The notes beneath the pieces are model-generated. The model saw only the letters and a program-made list of their open reading frames with translations, ran no database searches and had not been told where the DNA came from. Positions 37,785 to 49,200 of a DNA stretch of 59,124 nucleotides are shown here, in pieces. The DNA lies in IMG/VR virus record IMGVR_UViG_3300000228_000009, positions 1 through 59,124 of that record. One strand, 5' to 3'. This DNA comes from a virus (lineage: Duplodnaviria; Caudoviricetes). Every line of letters begins with the position of its first letter. The stretch's first letter is position 1. A program made the position numbers and the translations under genes.

Positions 37785-40700
37785 ATGTCTAAACTAACCA
37801 AAAACATGGATATTGTTTTACAACAAGGTCCAGAAATGATCGAGTTTTATAGAAACAATCCTTGTATTGCTGCATATGAATTACTTGGTGTAGATCTGGC
37901 TCCTGTACAACGTATAGTATTTGAGGCTATGTGGTTTAAGCCGTATGTACTGGCAATATGTTCTAGAGGTATGGGAAAAACCTTTTTGTCTGGGGTACTT
38001 GCATCATTACTAACTTTGTTATATCCTGGATATAGGGTGGGCCTGATAGCCCCTAGTTTCCGCCAGTGTTTATTAGTATCAGATACTAACGCTACTTTTT
38101 GGACATCCGATGGCTTAAGTGTAGCAGAGAATTTTTATAATGCTATTGAGTGTGGTACTACACATGTTCAGTCCTTGTACAATAATAACCTAATAGTAAA
38201 TAAGTGGAAAAACCCCAAAAGACCTTGTATAAAGATAGATACAGAACGTGGTTTTTCTGTTGGTGGTACATTGGATCATAGGTTACTAACAATAGACACA
38301 AACATGGATTTGGTTTACACTAATTTATCTGATATTACAAAAGACACTTATATAGCTATAAAAAAGGGTTTTAATTTATATGGTGATAGTATTAAACTTC
38401 CAGATGTTTTTATTGAAGAATCTTACAGGAACAAATGCTGTACGCTCCCTAAAACTATGACAAAAGATTTTGCTTATTGGCTAGGATTACTAATAGGTGA
38501 CGGTAGTATAGAATATAATGAGACTGCTGGAAAATATAGAGTATGTTTCTATAGCTCAGATTATGAGTTAACTGAAAGTTTTAAAAAAATAGGCACTAAA
38601 TTATTTGGTATTAATCCTTGGAAAGATGTTGATAGAAATGGTAATATTTCTTCTTGTTTTAATAACAAGAAAATGCTCAGGTTTTTACTAAGTTGTGGTT
38701 TAACCACAAATAACTCTCCACTAAAATATATACCTCATGTAATATGTAAAGCACCTAAAAGTTATATAGTAGAGTTTGTGGCAGGGTTGTTAGATACAGA
38801 CGGTAACGTTTCTCAATTTACAGACAATAATTACAAATGGATATCAATAGGTTTAACAACTTCATCAAAAAGGTTGGCAGAGGAGTATAAAGCAGTTTTA
38901 CTTAATATTGGCGTTATGTCATCTACTAGTATTGATGATAGGCTTGATAAAAATTATATAGTAGATCATATAGCAACTAAGAAGTATCTATCATATAATA
39001 TAACAGTTTCTGGTTTTGATGATATATGTACTTTTCACAAACATATTAAATTTAAGTTAAAAAGAAAACAAGAACTTATTGATGGGTACATAGAAAATAA
39101 GTCTTGTAAAATAAGTAATACTAATAAACTTCCTTATTCCTTACCATATTATAAAGAATTATTGATACATCTAAATACTACACATAGTAAGCTACTTACA
39201 GAAAATGAACTTATTTTAGCTCGTATGGGGATACGTTGTTGCCACAAAAATAAATCACAAAGTATCACATGTAAAAAACTACTTCAAGTGTTATCAATAT
39301 ATGATAAGTATAACTTACATCATACAGCTATTAGTAAAATAGAAAACTTATTAAACTTAAATTTATGTTTTGTTAAACCAAAAGAAATTACTAGTTTATT
39401 CGAAGAAACTATAGATATTGAAGTAGTTAACGAATCTTGTTATTTTAGTAGTGGTTTTATTAGTCATAACTCTAAAATGATATTTAATGAGGTTGAGAAA
39501 TTATATTCTAAATCACCTATATTACGCGAAGCAACAGAGAAGAGACCTATTCGTGGATCTGACACTTGTTACTTAAAATATAAATCTTCCGCAGGAACAA
39601 ACGGTTCCTTTATTGAAGCCCTCCCATTAGGAGCAGATGGGGCCAAAATTCGTGGTTCTCGTTTTTATTGTTTGTTGGTGGATGAGTTCGCACAAGTACC
39701 ATCAAAAATAATAGAAACAGTTCTAGCACCAATGAGTATTACTAAATTAGATCCTATGAATAAAGTACGGGAGTTGGAACGTAGAAAGTCTTTGATAGCG
39801 GCAGGTTTAGCATCAGGGGATGATTTTGAGGAAGATTCTGTGAATAAAATGATCGGGACTTCATCTGGTTACTACAAGTTTAATCATATGTATAAACGTA
39901 TGAAGGAGTATTGGAATCAGATAGATGCTGGATCACAGGATCATGCAGTTTTCCAGATACCTTATACAGCACTACCTGAAGGTTTCCTTGATCCTAAGAA
40001 TATAGAAAATGCTGAAAGGGTTATGTCAAGTCATGAGTTTGCTATGGAGTATTTGGGAGCCATGGTGAGTGACTCAGAAGGTTTTTTTAAAGCGTCTGTT
40101 TTAGAAAAATGTACAACTTCCGATCATTCTTTAGAATTATCAGGAGAAAAAGAAGTTAGTTATATTATTGGTATAGATCCTAACCAAGGTGGTAAAGCTA
40201 AATGTGGTGTTGTAATAATTAGGCTCGGAAGACCAAATAAGATAGTAAGAGTTTTAGCTCTTGATGGTAAAACTACACAAGACATAACAACGTCTCTTCA
40301 GGATTTATGTAATTCTTACAATGTTATAAGGGTGTTCATGGATAGGGGCGGCGGCGGAAAGGCAGTATCTGATTTGCTGGCTGAAGGATATAATAATTCG
40401 GAACCTATATTAAATATAAACGACAAAGACAACTTAAAGATTAAAGGTAGACGTATACTAGATCTCATAGCTTTTAGTACTTCATGGATCGCCGACGCAA
40501 ATTTCGCAGCATTATCTTTATTTGAAGACACTAATCTTATGTTTCCACAGGTACCTTTATATAATGTTGATGATAAAGTACAAGATGTTATTTATAATAA
40601 TTATGACCTTATATATGAATTAAAAAGACAGTGTTTAAACATTGTTGTTACACAAACTTCTGGTGGGGCTTTACATTTTGATACACCTAAAAAAGGACAA

Positions 40701-40910
40701 AACAAGGACTTGTATTCTGCTTTAATTTTAGCTTGTTATGGTGTTAAAGCTTTAGAACATGAGTCTACAGATGCTGTTTCTTCTAACTCTTTTCATTCTA
40801 CTGGTGGTTTAGTTAGAGGACATGATGGTGGTAATTGGTCAAACACACCATCAAGTATTGTTTTATCATCAGCAGCTTTATCAATGGCTGTTTTAAATAA
40901 GAAAAAATAA
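37785..40910 (+). CDS. terL: terminase large subunit containing an intein (extein ~573 aa)
   Basis: Walker A SRGMGKT, Walker B LLVDEF, nuclease IGIDP and KDLYSAL. Confidence 0.92.
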   Translation: MSKLTKNMDIVLQQGPEMIEFYRNNPCIAAYELLGVDLAPVQRIVFEAMWFKPYVLAICSRGMGKTFLSGVLASLLTLLYPGYRVGLIAPSFRQCLLVSDTNATFWTSDGLSVAENFYNAIECGTTHVQSLYNNNLIVNKWKNPKRPCIKIDTERGFSVGGTLDHRLLTIDTNMDLVYTNLSDITKDTYIAIKKGFNLYGDSIKLPDVFIEESYRNKCCTLPKTMTKDFAYWLGLLIGDGSIEYNETAGKYRVCFYSSDYELTESFKKIGTKLFGINPWKDVDRNGNISSCFNNKKMLRFLLSCGLTTNNSPLKYIPHVICKAPKSYIVEFVAGLLDTDGNVSQFTDNNYKWISIGLTTSSKRLAEEYKAVLLNIGVMSSTSIDDRLDKNYIVDHIATKKYLSYNITVSGFDDICTFHKHIKFKLKRKQELIDGYIENKSCKISNTNKLPYSLPYYKELLIHLNTTHSKLLTENELILARMGIRCCHKNKSQSITCKKLLQVLSIYDKYNLHHTAISKIENLLNLNLCFVKPKEITSLFEETIDIEVVNESCYFSSGFISHNSKMIFNEVEKLYSKSPILREATEKRPIRGSDTCYLKYKSSAGTNGSFIEALPLGADGAKIRGSRFYCLLVDEFAQVPSKIIETVLAPMSITKLDPMNKVRELERRKSLIAAGLASGDDFEEDSVNKMIGTSSGYYKFNHMYKRMKEYWNQIDAGSQDHAVFQIPYTALPEGFLDPKNIENAERVMSSHEFAMEYLGAMVSDSEGFFKASVLEKCTTSDHSLELSGEKEVSYIIGIDPNQGGKAKCGVVIIRLGRPNKIVRVLALDGKTTQDITTSLQDLCNSYNVIRVFMDRGGGGKAVSDLLAEGYNNSEPILNINDKDNLKIKGRRILDLIAFSTSWIADANFAALSLFEDTNLMFPQVPLYNVDDKVQDVIYNNYDLIYELKRQCLNIVVTQTSGGALHFDTPKKGQNKDLYSALILACYGVKALEHESTDAVSSNSFHSTGGLVRGHDGGNWSNTPSSIVLSSAALSMAVLNKKK
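38067..39470 (+). mobile_element. intein with LAGLIDADG homing endonuclease (468 aa)
   Basis: FRQ|CLLV N-junction, ISHN|S C-junction, DHR block B, WLGLLIGDG and VAGLLDTDG motifs. Confidence 0.92.
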
Positions 40911-40951
40911 ACTAACTACTACTAATTTAAGTAACTATTTTATAATCAATA

Positions 40952-42730
40952 TTGGTAAAAACTATGAATGAAAATACAGCTAATAAAATAACTGCAGATT
41001 TACAAGCACGTTATCCTGATGTAGGTATAAAGTCAGTATCAATAGATGAAGCCTCTGGTCAAACTACATTTTTAGTCGAACCAACTAAAAAGTCTTTGGC
41101 TTTCTTAGATAATCCTCTTATGCCACATACATTTAAAGCAAAGGCGTCTACACTTTCGAGGGACTCGTTGTCAAGATCCTATCTTGATCTATCCATGAAG
41201 AAAGATGTATATGATGAGGATCCTAAAGTTCTATATGACAAGGTAATGCGTTACTATTACACAGAACCAATAGTCGGGTCTGTTATTAATGTTTTATCGT
41301 CATTGGCTAGTAAAGGCTTTGAAAATGATATAGATGATGTTGACATAAAGAATTTTTTCGATACTTGGGTATTCGATGTAAATTTTGAGGAAGTTATAGA
41401 TTGGATATTTCTTGAATTATTTAAAACATCACAGGTTACTACATACAAATATATAGCTAACTACGAACCAAGAATATCAACAATACAGCCAGCTGGAAGT
41501 AGCAAATCTAAAAAAGTAAAGTCGGTTGGTAAATTAGAAAACGCTGCAAAAAAGAAAATTTGGTCTAAAGGGCATTTACCTGTAGGTTACACAGTTTTAA
41601 ACCCATCATTAGTTAATATTACAGGTAACTTACTTTTTAATAATGTATCAGTTTCTCTTTCACCTCCTAAAGAATTAGGAGAAGTATTAAAAAAGAATAC
41701 TTCAGATCTTACAGAAGAAGAAAAAGCACTTATTAAAGCGCTACCAAGCGATTTAAAAAAAGCGGCTGAAAGTGGCGGAGATTATCAACTTGATTCTAGA
41801 TTAGTAGGTAATATAACATACAAGAAGCAACCTTATGAAAGGTATGCAAGACCTAGAACAGCTAGAGTTTTCGAAAGTATTGAATATAAGAAAGCATTAC
41901 GTAACGCTGACTTAAGCACTTTAGATGGTATTTCTAATTATATTTTAAAAATTACTGTAGGTAATGACGAGTTCCCTGTAACATCTCAAGAAGAGTTAGA
42001 GGCCGTGGCTAAACTATTTGATACACCAAGTAAAAGTTTTGATGTTGTGTGGAATCACACACTTAAAATTGAAAAAATAGTTAGTCCAGAGATCGATAAA
42101 ATTTTAGGCCAGGCAAAATACTCTCAAGTTAATGAAGACATTACAGGAGGTCTTTCTTTTACAAGAGCATTACTAGATGCAACAGATGTCACAGCTGGAT
42201 CAGAATGGGCAATTGGCGCGGTAAAAGAAGATATTGATTACGCTAGAAAACAAGTAACACGTTGGATATATAACGAGTACAGACAGATAGCTGAAGCTGT
42301 GGGTTTTGATAGATTCCCTAGAGTTCGCTGGGATGAAAACATTCTTAGGAACGATATACTTTATAAAAATTCTATTGCTTCTATGGTGGATCGAAGAATG
42401 CTATCATATCAAACTGCACTTGAAACTTTAGGTTTTGATTACACAAATGAATTAGGTAATATGCAAAATGAGTTACCATTAATAATTGATGGTACGTTTG
42501 GTCTAAGAGGTAGCCCTTTTCAACAAGCTACATCATTACAAAAAACACAGAACGCTCCAGTTGGGACACCTTCTAACGGTAGGCCTACAGGAACTACAAA
42601 TACAAAAACACCAGAAACAGATCCTAGTAAAATAGAAGCCAGTAATTCTTTAAGTAGTGTTTTTTCTGCTATGTCTAAAGAGGATAGAGAATTACTTATA
42701 AAAGAAATTTCAAGTATTGATACGGATTAG
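40952..42730 (+). CDS. portal protein
   Basis: 592 aa immediately after terL; synteny with head genes. Confidence 0.7.
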   Translation: MVKTMNENTANKITADLQARYPDVGIKSVSIDEASGQTTFLVEPTKKSLAFLDNPLMPHTFKAKASTLSRDSLSRSYLDLSMKKDVYDEDPKVLYDKVMRYYYTEPIVGSVINVLSSLASKGFENDIDDVDIKNFFDTWVFDVNFEEVIDWIFLELFKTSQVTTYKYIANYEPRISTIQPAGSSKSKKVKSVGKLENAAKKKIWSKGHLPVGYTVLNPSLVNITGNLLFNNVSVSLSPPKELGEVLKKNTSDLTEEEKALIKALPSDLKKAAESGGDYQLDSRLVGNITYKKQPYERYARPRTARVFESIEYKKALRNADLSTLDGISNYILKITVGNDEFPVTSQEELEAVAKLFDTPSKSFDVVWNHTLKIEKIVSPEIDKILGQAKYSQVNEDITGGLSFTRALLDATDVTAGSEWAIGAVKEDIDYARKQVTRWIYNEYRQIAEAVGFDRFPRVRWDENILRNDILYKNSIASMVDRRMLSYQTALETLGFDYTNELGNMQNELPLIIDGTFGLRGSPFQQATSLQKTQNAPVGTPSNGRPTGTTNTKTPETDPSKIEASNSLSSVFSAMSKEDRELLIKEISSIDTD

Positions 42731-42731
42731 T

Positions 42732-43679
42732 ATGTCCAAAAAATTAACTTATGCAGAAGTTAAAAGTATTTTTAATGCTAAGGGTTTGACACTTACATCA
42801 GAACATTATATAAATAATAAAATTAAATTACATTACATATGTAAAAAATGTGGTTATAGTAATGAAACTGATGTTATTACAGTTAAAAATAGTAAAGGTT
42901 GTCCAAGGTGTAATAATACTGTTTATAAATATAAAATTGATGATGTAATACTAGCTCTTTCCAAGGAAAGGTATAAATTAATTAGTACTGTTTATGATAA
43001 TAGTTGCCAAAGATTACAGGTTGAATGTAACAGGGGTCATATCATTACACTGGCCTTTAGGGATTGGGTACAAGGTTGTAGGTGCCTTAAATGTTATTTA
43101 GAAGATGTACAAAAAATAAATATAAGTAAATTGGATTTACCGTTTTATGACACATACGCCAGTAAGCTTGTAGTATATCAAGAAGTACATGAAATTATTC
43201 GTGTTATAAATAACGTTGAAGTATCATTATTAGGTGTTAATTGTTTAACATGTGGAAAAATTTTTATACCAAGCACATCATCAGTTTTTCGCAGATTGAA
43301 TTGTATAAATGGAGTAACAGGCGGCGAAAGTAATTTATATTGTTCGGAGGATTGTAAAGACAACTGTAGTGTTTTTGGGAAACATAAATATCCAAAAGGC
43401 ATCAAACAATATAGAAATATCAGACCAGATCAAAAACAATGGGCGGCCATAGTTAAAGAACGTGATAACTACACCTGCCAAAAATGTGGCTCTACAGAAG
43501 GAACTATAGTAGCACACCATATAGAACCAGTTATAGAAAATCCTATAGAATCCGCAGATATTGATAACGGTATAGCTCTTTGTCAAAAGTGTCATAATGA
43601 ATTACATAGTTTACCTGGGTGTAAAAGTAAAGATCTTAGATGTAATAAAAATACTAAGGAGGTGTTAAATGAAGTATAA
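42732..43679 (+). CDS. HNH endonuclease with N-terminal zinc-binding repeats
   Basis: RDNYTCQKCG...AHHI...NGIALCQKCHNELH; ATG at 42732. Confidence 0.85.
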   Translation: MSKKLTYAEVKSIFNAKGLTLTSEHYINNKIKLHYICKKCGYSNETDVITVKNSKGCPRCNNTVYKYKIDDVILALSKERYKLISTVYDNSCQRLQVECNRGHIITLAFRDWVQGCRCLKCYLEDVQKINISKLDLPFYDTYASKLVVYQEVHEIIRVINNVEVSLLGVNCLTCGKIFIPSTSSVFRRLNCINGVTGGESNLYCSEDCKDNCSVFGKHKYPKGIKQYRNIRPDQKQWAAIVKERDNYTCQKCGSTEGTIVAHHIEPVIENPIESADIDNGIALCQKCHNELHSLPGCKSKDLRCNKNTKEVLNEV

Positions 43680-44754
43680 ATTTTATATGACAGCAGGTTT
43701 AAATTACGTTGAGGAAACCGAGGACCTACATAAAGTAGCTGCTTCTGTAATACCTTTACCAGATATAAACAAAAGACAACCAGATTTGGCTTATTTTACA
43801 AGTAGGTTTGTAAGTTCTGGAACGAATTTAAATAACGCTCATTTTATGGGAAGTGAATTAGTAAAAGCTAGAAACTCTATTGTTGCCAAAGCAGTTGATG
43901 TAGAACATGCTGAAGATGAGATTATAGGTCATATTTACGCTTGCGAGTTTACTGATAAAGATGGTGTTAGACTTGACATTAGTGAATTGTCACAATTAGA
44001 ATCAACTAAACTTGATGCACAAGATATGCACATTGAAATTGCTAGTGTGGTTTATAAAACACGTTTTTCAGCATTAGCTAATGAAATAAAAAACGGTGAT
44101 TGGTGTGTATCAATGGAAGCTTACTATACAAACTACGATGTAATGGTCGGTGGTACATTAATGACAGCTGAAGAAGCACAATTAATGGGCTTTGACGTGG
44201 CTAACGAGTCTTTATATGGTAAGTCTGCTAAAGTTGTAAAATCAGGAGAAGTAATAGACCAAGGAGTTGTTGCTAAAGTTTTACGAGGTATATGTTTTTC
44301 AGGTGTAGGTATTGTAAAAAATCCAGCAAATAAACCTTCAATAGTTTTTGAAGCCACAGCAGGAAATGAGAATACATTAGAAAATGAAGATATTGTCTTT
44401 GATTATTCAAAACTTAATGATATTAATAATGTAACCTCTACTAATGTAGATATGAAAGCAACATCAGCTGAGGATTCACCTGGTATTTGTGTTTTCTATG
44501 ATAAAGAGAAAATCGATTCTATATTTAAAGATCAAGACTCAGAAGTTTTAAATACAAATTGGTGTAGCAAATTTGACACAAGTTGTACAAGTACAGGTGA
44601 TTACACCAGTTCTTTGTGTTTAGCTAAAGTGTATACTGATGACTACTTAGAAGCTTTTATAACTGAAGTAGCAAATAAAAAAATTAAGGAGTTACATAAT
44701 GACAAAGAAGTGAAAAGACTAGTTAATGAAATTAATGTATTAGTTAAAAAATAA
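43669..44754 (+). CDS. prohead (capsid maturation) protease
   Basis: NLNNAHF, DVEH, VSMEAY and FSGVGIVKNPA motifs; position between portal and scaffold. Confidence 0.65.
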   Translation: MKYKFYMTAGLNYVEETEDLHKVAASVIPLPDINKRQPDLAYFTSRFVSSGTNLNNAHFMGSELVKARNSIVAKAVDVEHAEDEIIGHIYACEFTDKDGVRLDISELSQLESTKLDAQDMHIEIASVVYKTRFSALANEIKNGDWCVSMEAYYTNYDVMVGGTLMTAEEAQLMGFDVANESLYGKSAKVVKSGEVIDQGVVAKVLRGICFSGVGIVKNPANKPSIVFEATAGNENTLENEDIVFDYSKLNDINNVTSTNVDMKATSAEDSPGICVFYDKEKIDSIFKDQDSEVLNTNWCSKFDTSCTSTGDYTSSLCLAKVYTDDYLEAFITEVANKKIKELHNDKEVKRLVNEINVLVKK

Positions 44755-44839
44755 ATGCATTTGGACACGGAAAGGTTTCACGAGATACTTTAGGTTAGTT
44801 ACTATAAATTTATTTAGATTTTAATTCAGGAGGAATATA

Positions 44840-45517
44840 ATGGAAGACAAGTTAACAGACCAGATTGAAAAAGTCGTTTCAGCTATTTTCGCTAGTAAAG
44901 AGGAAGATACTAAGCGCAAGAAGACAGAAGATGCACTACATGCTTCTGCTGACAAATTAACAACTTTACAAGAGGAGCTTGATAAAACTGTTCAAGCTAA
45001 TACTACACAAGCATCTGAAATTGCTGATCTTACAGAACAAGTTAAGACCGTACAGTCAGAAAAAGCGGCGCTAGATCAAAAGTTTCAAGAAGATTTAGCT
45101 AATGTAGTTTCAGAAAAAGCTAAAGTGGATGAAGCTTTTGAGAAATTAAATTTAGAGTATTCTACTTTAAAAATGGAAATTACAGCTGACAAACGTATGG
45201 CAGAACTTGAAAAGGCCGGAGTAGTTAGAGAACAAGCTGCAATTCAAAGAGATAAAGTAAAAGTAATGTCTGATGAAGACTTTACTTCTTACTGCGATGA
45301 GTTAGTGGCTATAAAAGCTCAAGTAATTGCTACACTTGCCACAAAAGCTGCTGCAACCGCAGATGTGGTAGTTGATGATGCAGTACCTCCTGCAAATGTA
45401 GATACAACTCAAGCAGTCAAAGCAGCATTAAATTTAGAAACCGCTCCTTCTCAGGACCTACTTTCAAAGTACAAAGACTTGGGAAATGCTTTAGCACAAT
45501 CCATAACTAAAAAATAA
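44840..45517 (+). CDS. scaffolding protein
   Basis: long coiled-coil, acidic; GGAGG RBS; synteny. Confidence 0.55.
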   Translation: MEDKLTDQIEKVVSAIFASKEEDTKRKKTEDALHASADKLTTLQEELDKTVQANTTQASEIADLTEQVKTVQSEKAALDQKFQEDLANVVSEKAKVDEAFEKLNLEYSTLKMEITADKRMAELEKAGVVREQAAIQRDKVKVMSDEDFTSYCDELVAIKAQVIATLATKAAATADVVVDDAVPPANVDTTQAVKAALNLETAPSQDLLSKYKDLGNALAQSITKK

Positions 45518-45533
45518 TTGAGGAGGAAAATAA

Positions 45534-46160
45534 ATGTTTATTCCAAGACATCCCGTAGTTGAAGATCAGTTTTGTTTATATGGCAGTTCTGTTGACGCCA
45601 CAGGTATTGGTGGTACAATTGCTTATGCCGGAGCTGTTGTTTATCTAGACGACACTAAAGAGGAATCTGAAGTATTAAAGATGGCTCATGGTGTTACTGC
45701 CGATCCTTTCGGTTTCTTAATGCAGAAAGTTAAAACTGGTTACCATTCTGTACATCCAGTGGGTTTTGTTATGCCTGGGGATCTAGGTTCCAGTGACGCT
45801 ATAGCTCAGCCAACCTACAGCAATGCTGGTGCTATTACTGGCACCACTACTGTTCCAGTAGGTGTTGCTCATCTTGGTATTTATGATACCATTCACTACA
45901 CTTGTGTTAAAACAACTGTAAGTGGTGTAGCTAGTGTTGCTGATGGAAGTCAGCCTAAACCAGGCCAGTCATTATTCGCCGCAGCTGAAGATGCAAAAGT
46001 TACCAATTCTACAGTAGCTTCTACAGGTACTGATATTCTTGGTCAACGTTGTAGCACAGTTGTTGTTGCTAAGGTTGTTAAGGGTGTTAGTGCTGCTAAG
46101 GCCGCATCTACCTTTAATGGTGGAACAAAATATGCTTTACGTATTAAACTTCTAGTTTAA
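45534..46160 (+). CDS. head decoration/cement-like protein
   Basis: Gly/Ala/Val/Thr-rich protein directly upstream of the capsid gene. Confidence 0.5.
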   Translation: MFIPRHPVVEDQFCLYGSSVDATGIGGTIAYAGAVVYLDDTKEESEVLKMAHGVTADPFGFLMQKVKTGYHSVHPVGFVMPGDLGSSDAIAQPTYSNAGAITGTTTVPVGVAHLGIYDTIHYTCVKTTVSGVASVADGSQPKPGQSLFAAAEDAKVTNSTVASTGTDILGQRCSTVVVAKVVKGVSAAKAASTFNGGTKYALRIKLLV

Positions 46161-46232
46161 TATAAGATGGATTAAGGGGTAGATACAGTGTCTACCCTTC
46201 CATAAATAAATACAATTCATAAGGAGATTAAA

Positions 46233-49200
46233 ATGGATATCGTTGAAATGAGAAAACTGTTCGCAGCTACGGCTGAAGTACAGACTCCAGAGGGTATGGC
46301 AGCTTACCGAGCTTTCGCTGCTGCTATTACTGTACCTATCTTACAGAAGGTAGAGCTTGAATCTATTATGCGTCAGCTCTTTGCTGTTGAAAAATTAGCT
46401 CCAGGTGCTCAAGCAGTCTACCCGGTCGCTGAAGATTTCGAGATTAATTAAGTAGGAGTCTCGTAACTTGGCTATATGCTGGAAACTCCTGGTAGGTCTT
46501 AAGTACCAAAGTGTAAAAATCTTAAGAATAGGGATAATCAGCAGGAAAGATAAATTATGAATATATTAAAAGACAATAAAGATTTGTTATACAATTTATA
46601 TGTAAAACAAGAAAAGTCATTATCTAGTATTGCTAAAGATTATAGTATTTCTTCTATGACAGTTGCAGCTTGGTTAAAAAGGGTTGGTATAGAAACCAGA
46701 AAGTCATCTGTTAATATTTATAAAGAAATAAAAAATACAGAATTTAGTGATGAACAAAAGAGCTTGATTATAGGATCTATTTTAGGTGATGGTTCTATTA
46801 CAAAAGGAAAAGATTGTAAAAATGCTAGGTTTGTTGAAAGACACTGTGCGGAACAGCTTAATTACTTACAGTGGAAAAATAGTATACTTAAACCTTTTGT
46901 AAAGTCTAACCTTATAAAAACTCCTGGAGGATGTCATATTATATCAGGTGTTATTTGTACTACTCAAGATAGTTACATTTTATCTACTATAACACATCCT
47001 TATCTAACTGAATTATATAACAAGTTCTACCCTAAAGGTAAGAAGTGCATACCAGAAGATTTAAATTACAATTTAACCGCATTATCAATTGCTGTTTGGT
47101 TGTGTGATGATGGTTGTATTACTTGTAATCCTGGAAACAGTACCTATAGGTTAGATTTACATACAGAGAGTTTTACATATAATGAAAATCTTTTTTTATG
47201 TAGAGAAGTGTTATCTAAATTTTTTGGTTTGGGTTTTAGAATAAACACTAGAATGTATAAATCAGGAAGAGCTTACTATATATGTATAAGTGGTAAAGAT
47301 AATTTAAGACGCATTACTAGTTTTTTGAAACCATTTATACCAAGCTGTATGCTACATAAATTTAAATATTATTTATAATTTATATCCTCAACGACTATAC
47401 GCCAAGAACTTTAATTAGTTAAGATATAGTCTGAACTACATAGAGATATGTAGAGGAAAAGTCGAAGGTACTCAGACCTTCTAAAGAAGAACTTTTCCCG
47501 CCTATGAAAATAGGTCACAAAAGTAACAGAAATTTGTCCTGTTTGGGTATTACCTGGTTTAGGTTATCAGGCACAGAATTTTATTGAAGGAATTGGGGAA
47601 GAGGTTGGCATGTAATATAGGCCTCGTAACTTGACTATATGCTGGAAACTCCGGTAAGGCTTTAAATACTTAACCTATTGAAAAATGAGGAAGTGAAAAT
47701 TTTAAAGATACGGACAATCAGCAGGAAAGATGAGATTATATGAAAAAAATAGATGTACCAGAATATGAATTACTAAATAATTTATATACAGAAGAAAAAA
47801 AGTCTTTAATAGATATAGCAACTATATGCAACACATCTGCTATGACTGTTAGATCTTGGTTAAATAATTTAGGTATTGAAATTAAACAAGCTAATAATGA
47901 CATATATAAAGAGTTAAGATATGTAAGCTTAGGAGATCACCAAAAAAGTATCATAATAGGTTCTTTATTAGGTGATGGTAGTCTTAGAATACCTAAACGT
48001 GGAAAAAATGCTCATTTTTATGAAAAGCATAGCGTTGATCAAGAAGAGTATTTACATTGGAAATACGATAATTTAAAACCTTTCTCTATACATATACATA
48101 GAGAGTTAGGTAAAGAGAATCATAATATTTCAGGTGTAGCTTGTTCTACTAAAGATTCTGTAAAATTAACTACAACAGCTAATTCAGACTTAACTAAATT
48201 ATGGAAGTTATGGTATAAAGGCAATGGTAATAAAATTATACCACATAATTTAGATGACTACTTTAATAAGTTGGTGCTGGCTGTATGGATTTGTGATGAT
48301 GGTTCTTTTGTTTGGAATAACATTAGAAGAACATATAGGTTAGATCTTCACACAGAGTCTTTTACTTACAAAGAACAAGTTAGACTAGTAGAAAGTATAT
48401 ATAAATTATTCAAAGGTAACATACTTATAATACCAAGGAAGTACAACAGTGGGGAAAAATTTTATTTAAGTTTACGTAATAAAGTAGCTCTTCATGAACT
48501 TTGCTTGTCACTTAAACAGTATGTTCCTGAGTGTATGTGGTATAAATTTAATACAAACATATAATTTCAAATCCTCAACGACTATATGTCAAGAACTTTA
48601 ATTAGTTAAGATATAGTCTGAACTTACGGGAAACCGTAAGAGGGAGAGTTTAAATACCCTCCCCGCCTATGAAAATAGGTTACAAAAGTAACAGAACGCT
48701 ATGTACCCACATTCAGTATTAATGCTTCCGCAGATTGGAAGATTACCTATGCTCGTGATTCTCGTATTGATATAGTTCAGAGAACTGCAGCTAGAGTTGC
48801 AAAAGATTTAGCAAACTATGAGGAAGAGTGCGGTTGGAGAGTAATTGTTCCAGCAGCTACATCTGGTTTTGCAGGTAAAGGTTTGTTAGGTGCTCGTCCA
48901 GCTCCTATTTATGAAATTCCTACAGGTTCTGCTGGACAAGGTTACCTTTCTAAGGAATTGGTAAACAAAATGTTAGTTGGTTTTAAGCGTTTAGGTAGAA
49001 CTCTCACAGACCTATATGTTTCTCCAGAGGATGCAGCTGATATTCGTGAGTGGACTGATACTGATATTGATCCAATTACTCGTAGAGAAGTGTTTACTGC
49101 TGCTGGTATGGGTAGTATTTGGAATGTTGCTCTTCATGAAGTACAACATTTAGGAGCACCAGGTCTTTACAATATTAATGGTAGTACCTCTCAGTATGGT

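Noticed and set aside
46233-46451. stand-alone 72-aa gene, or stop-codon recoding of the capsid gene
   Set aside because: explained by group I introns with exact splice junctions; TAA, TAG and TGA all serve as normal stops elsewhere
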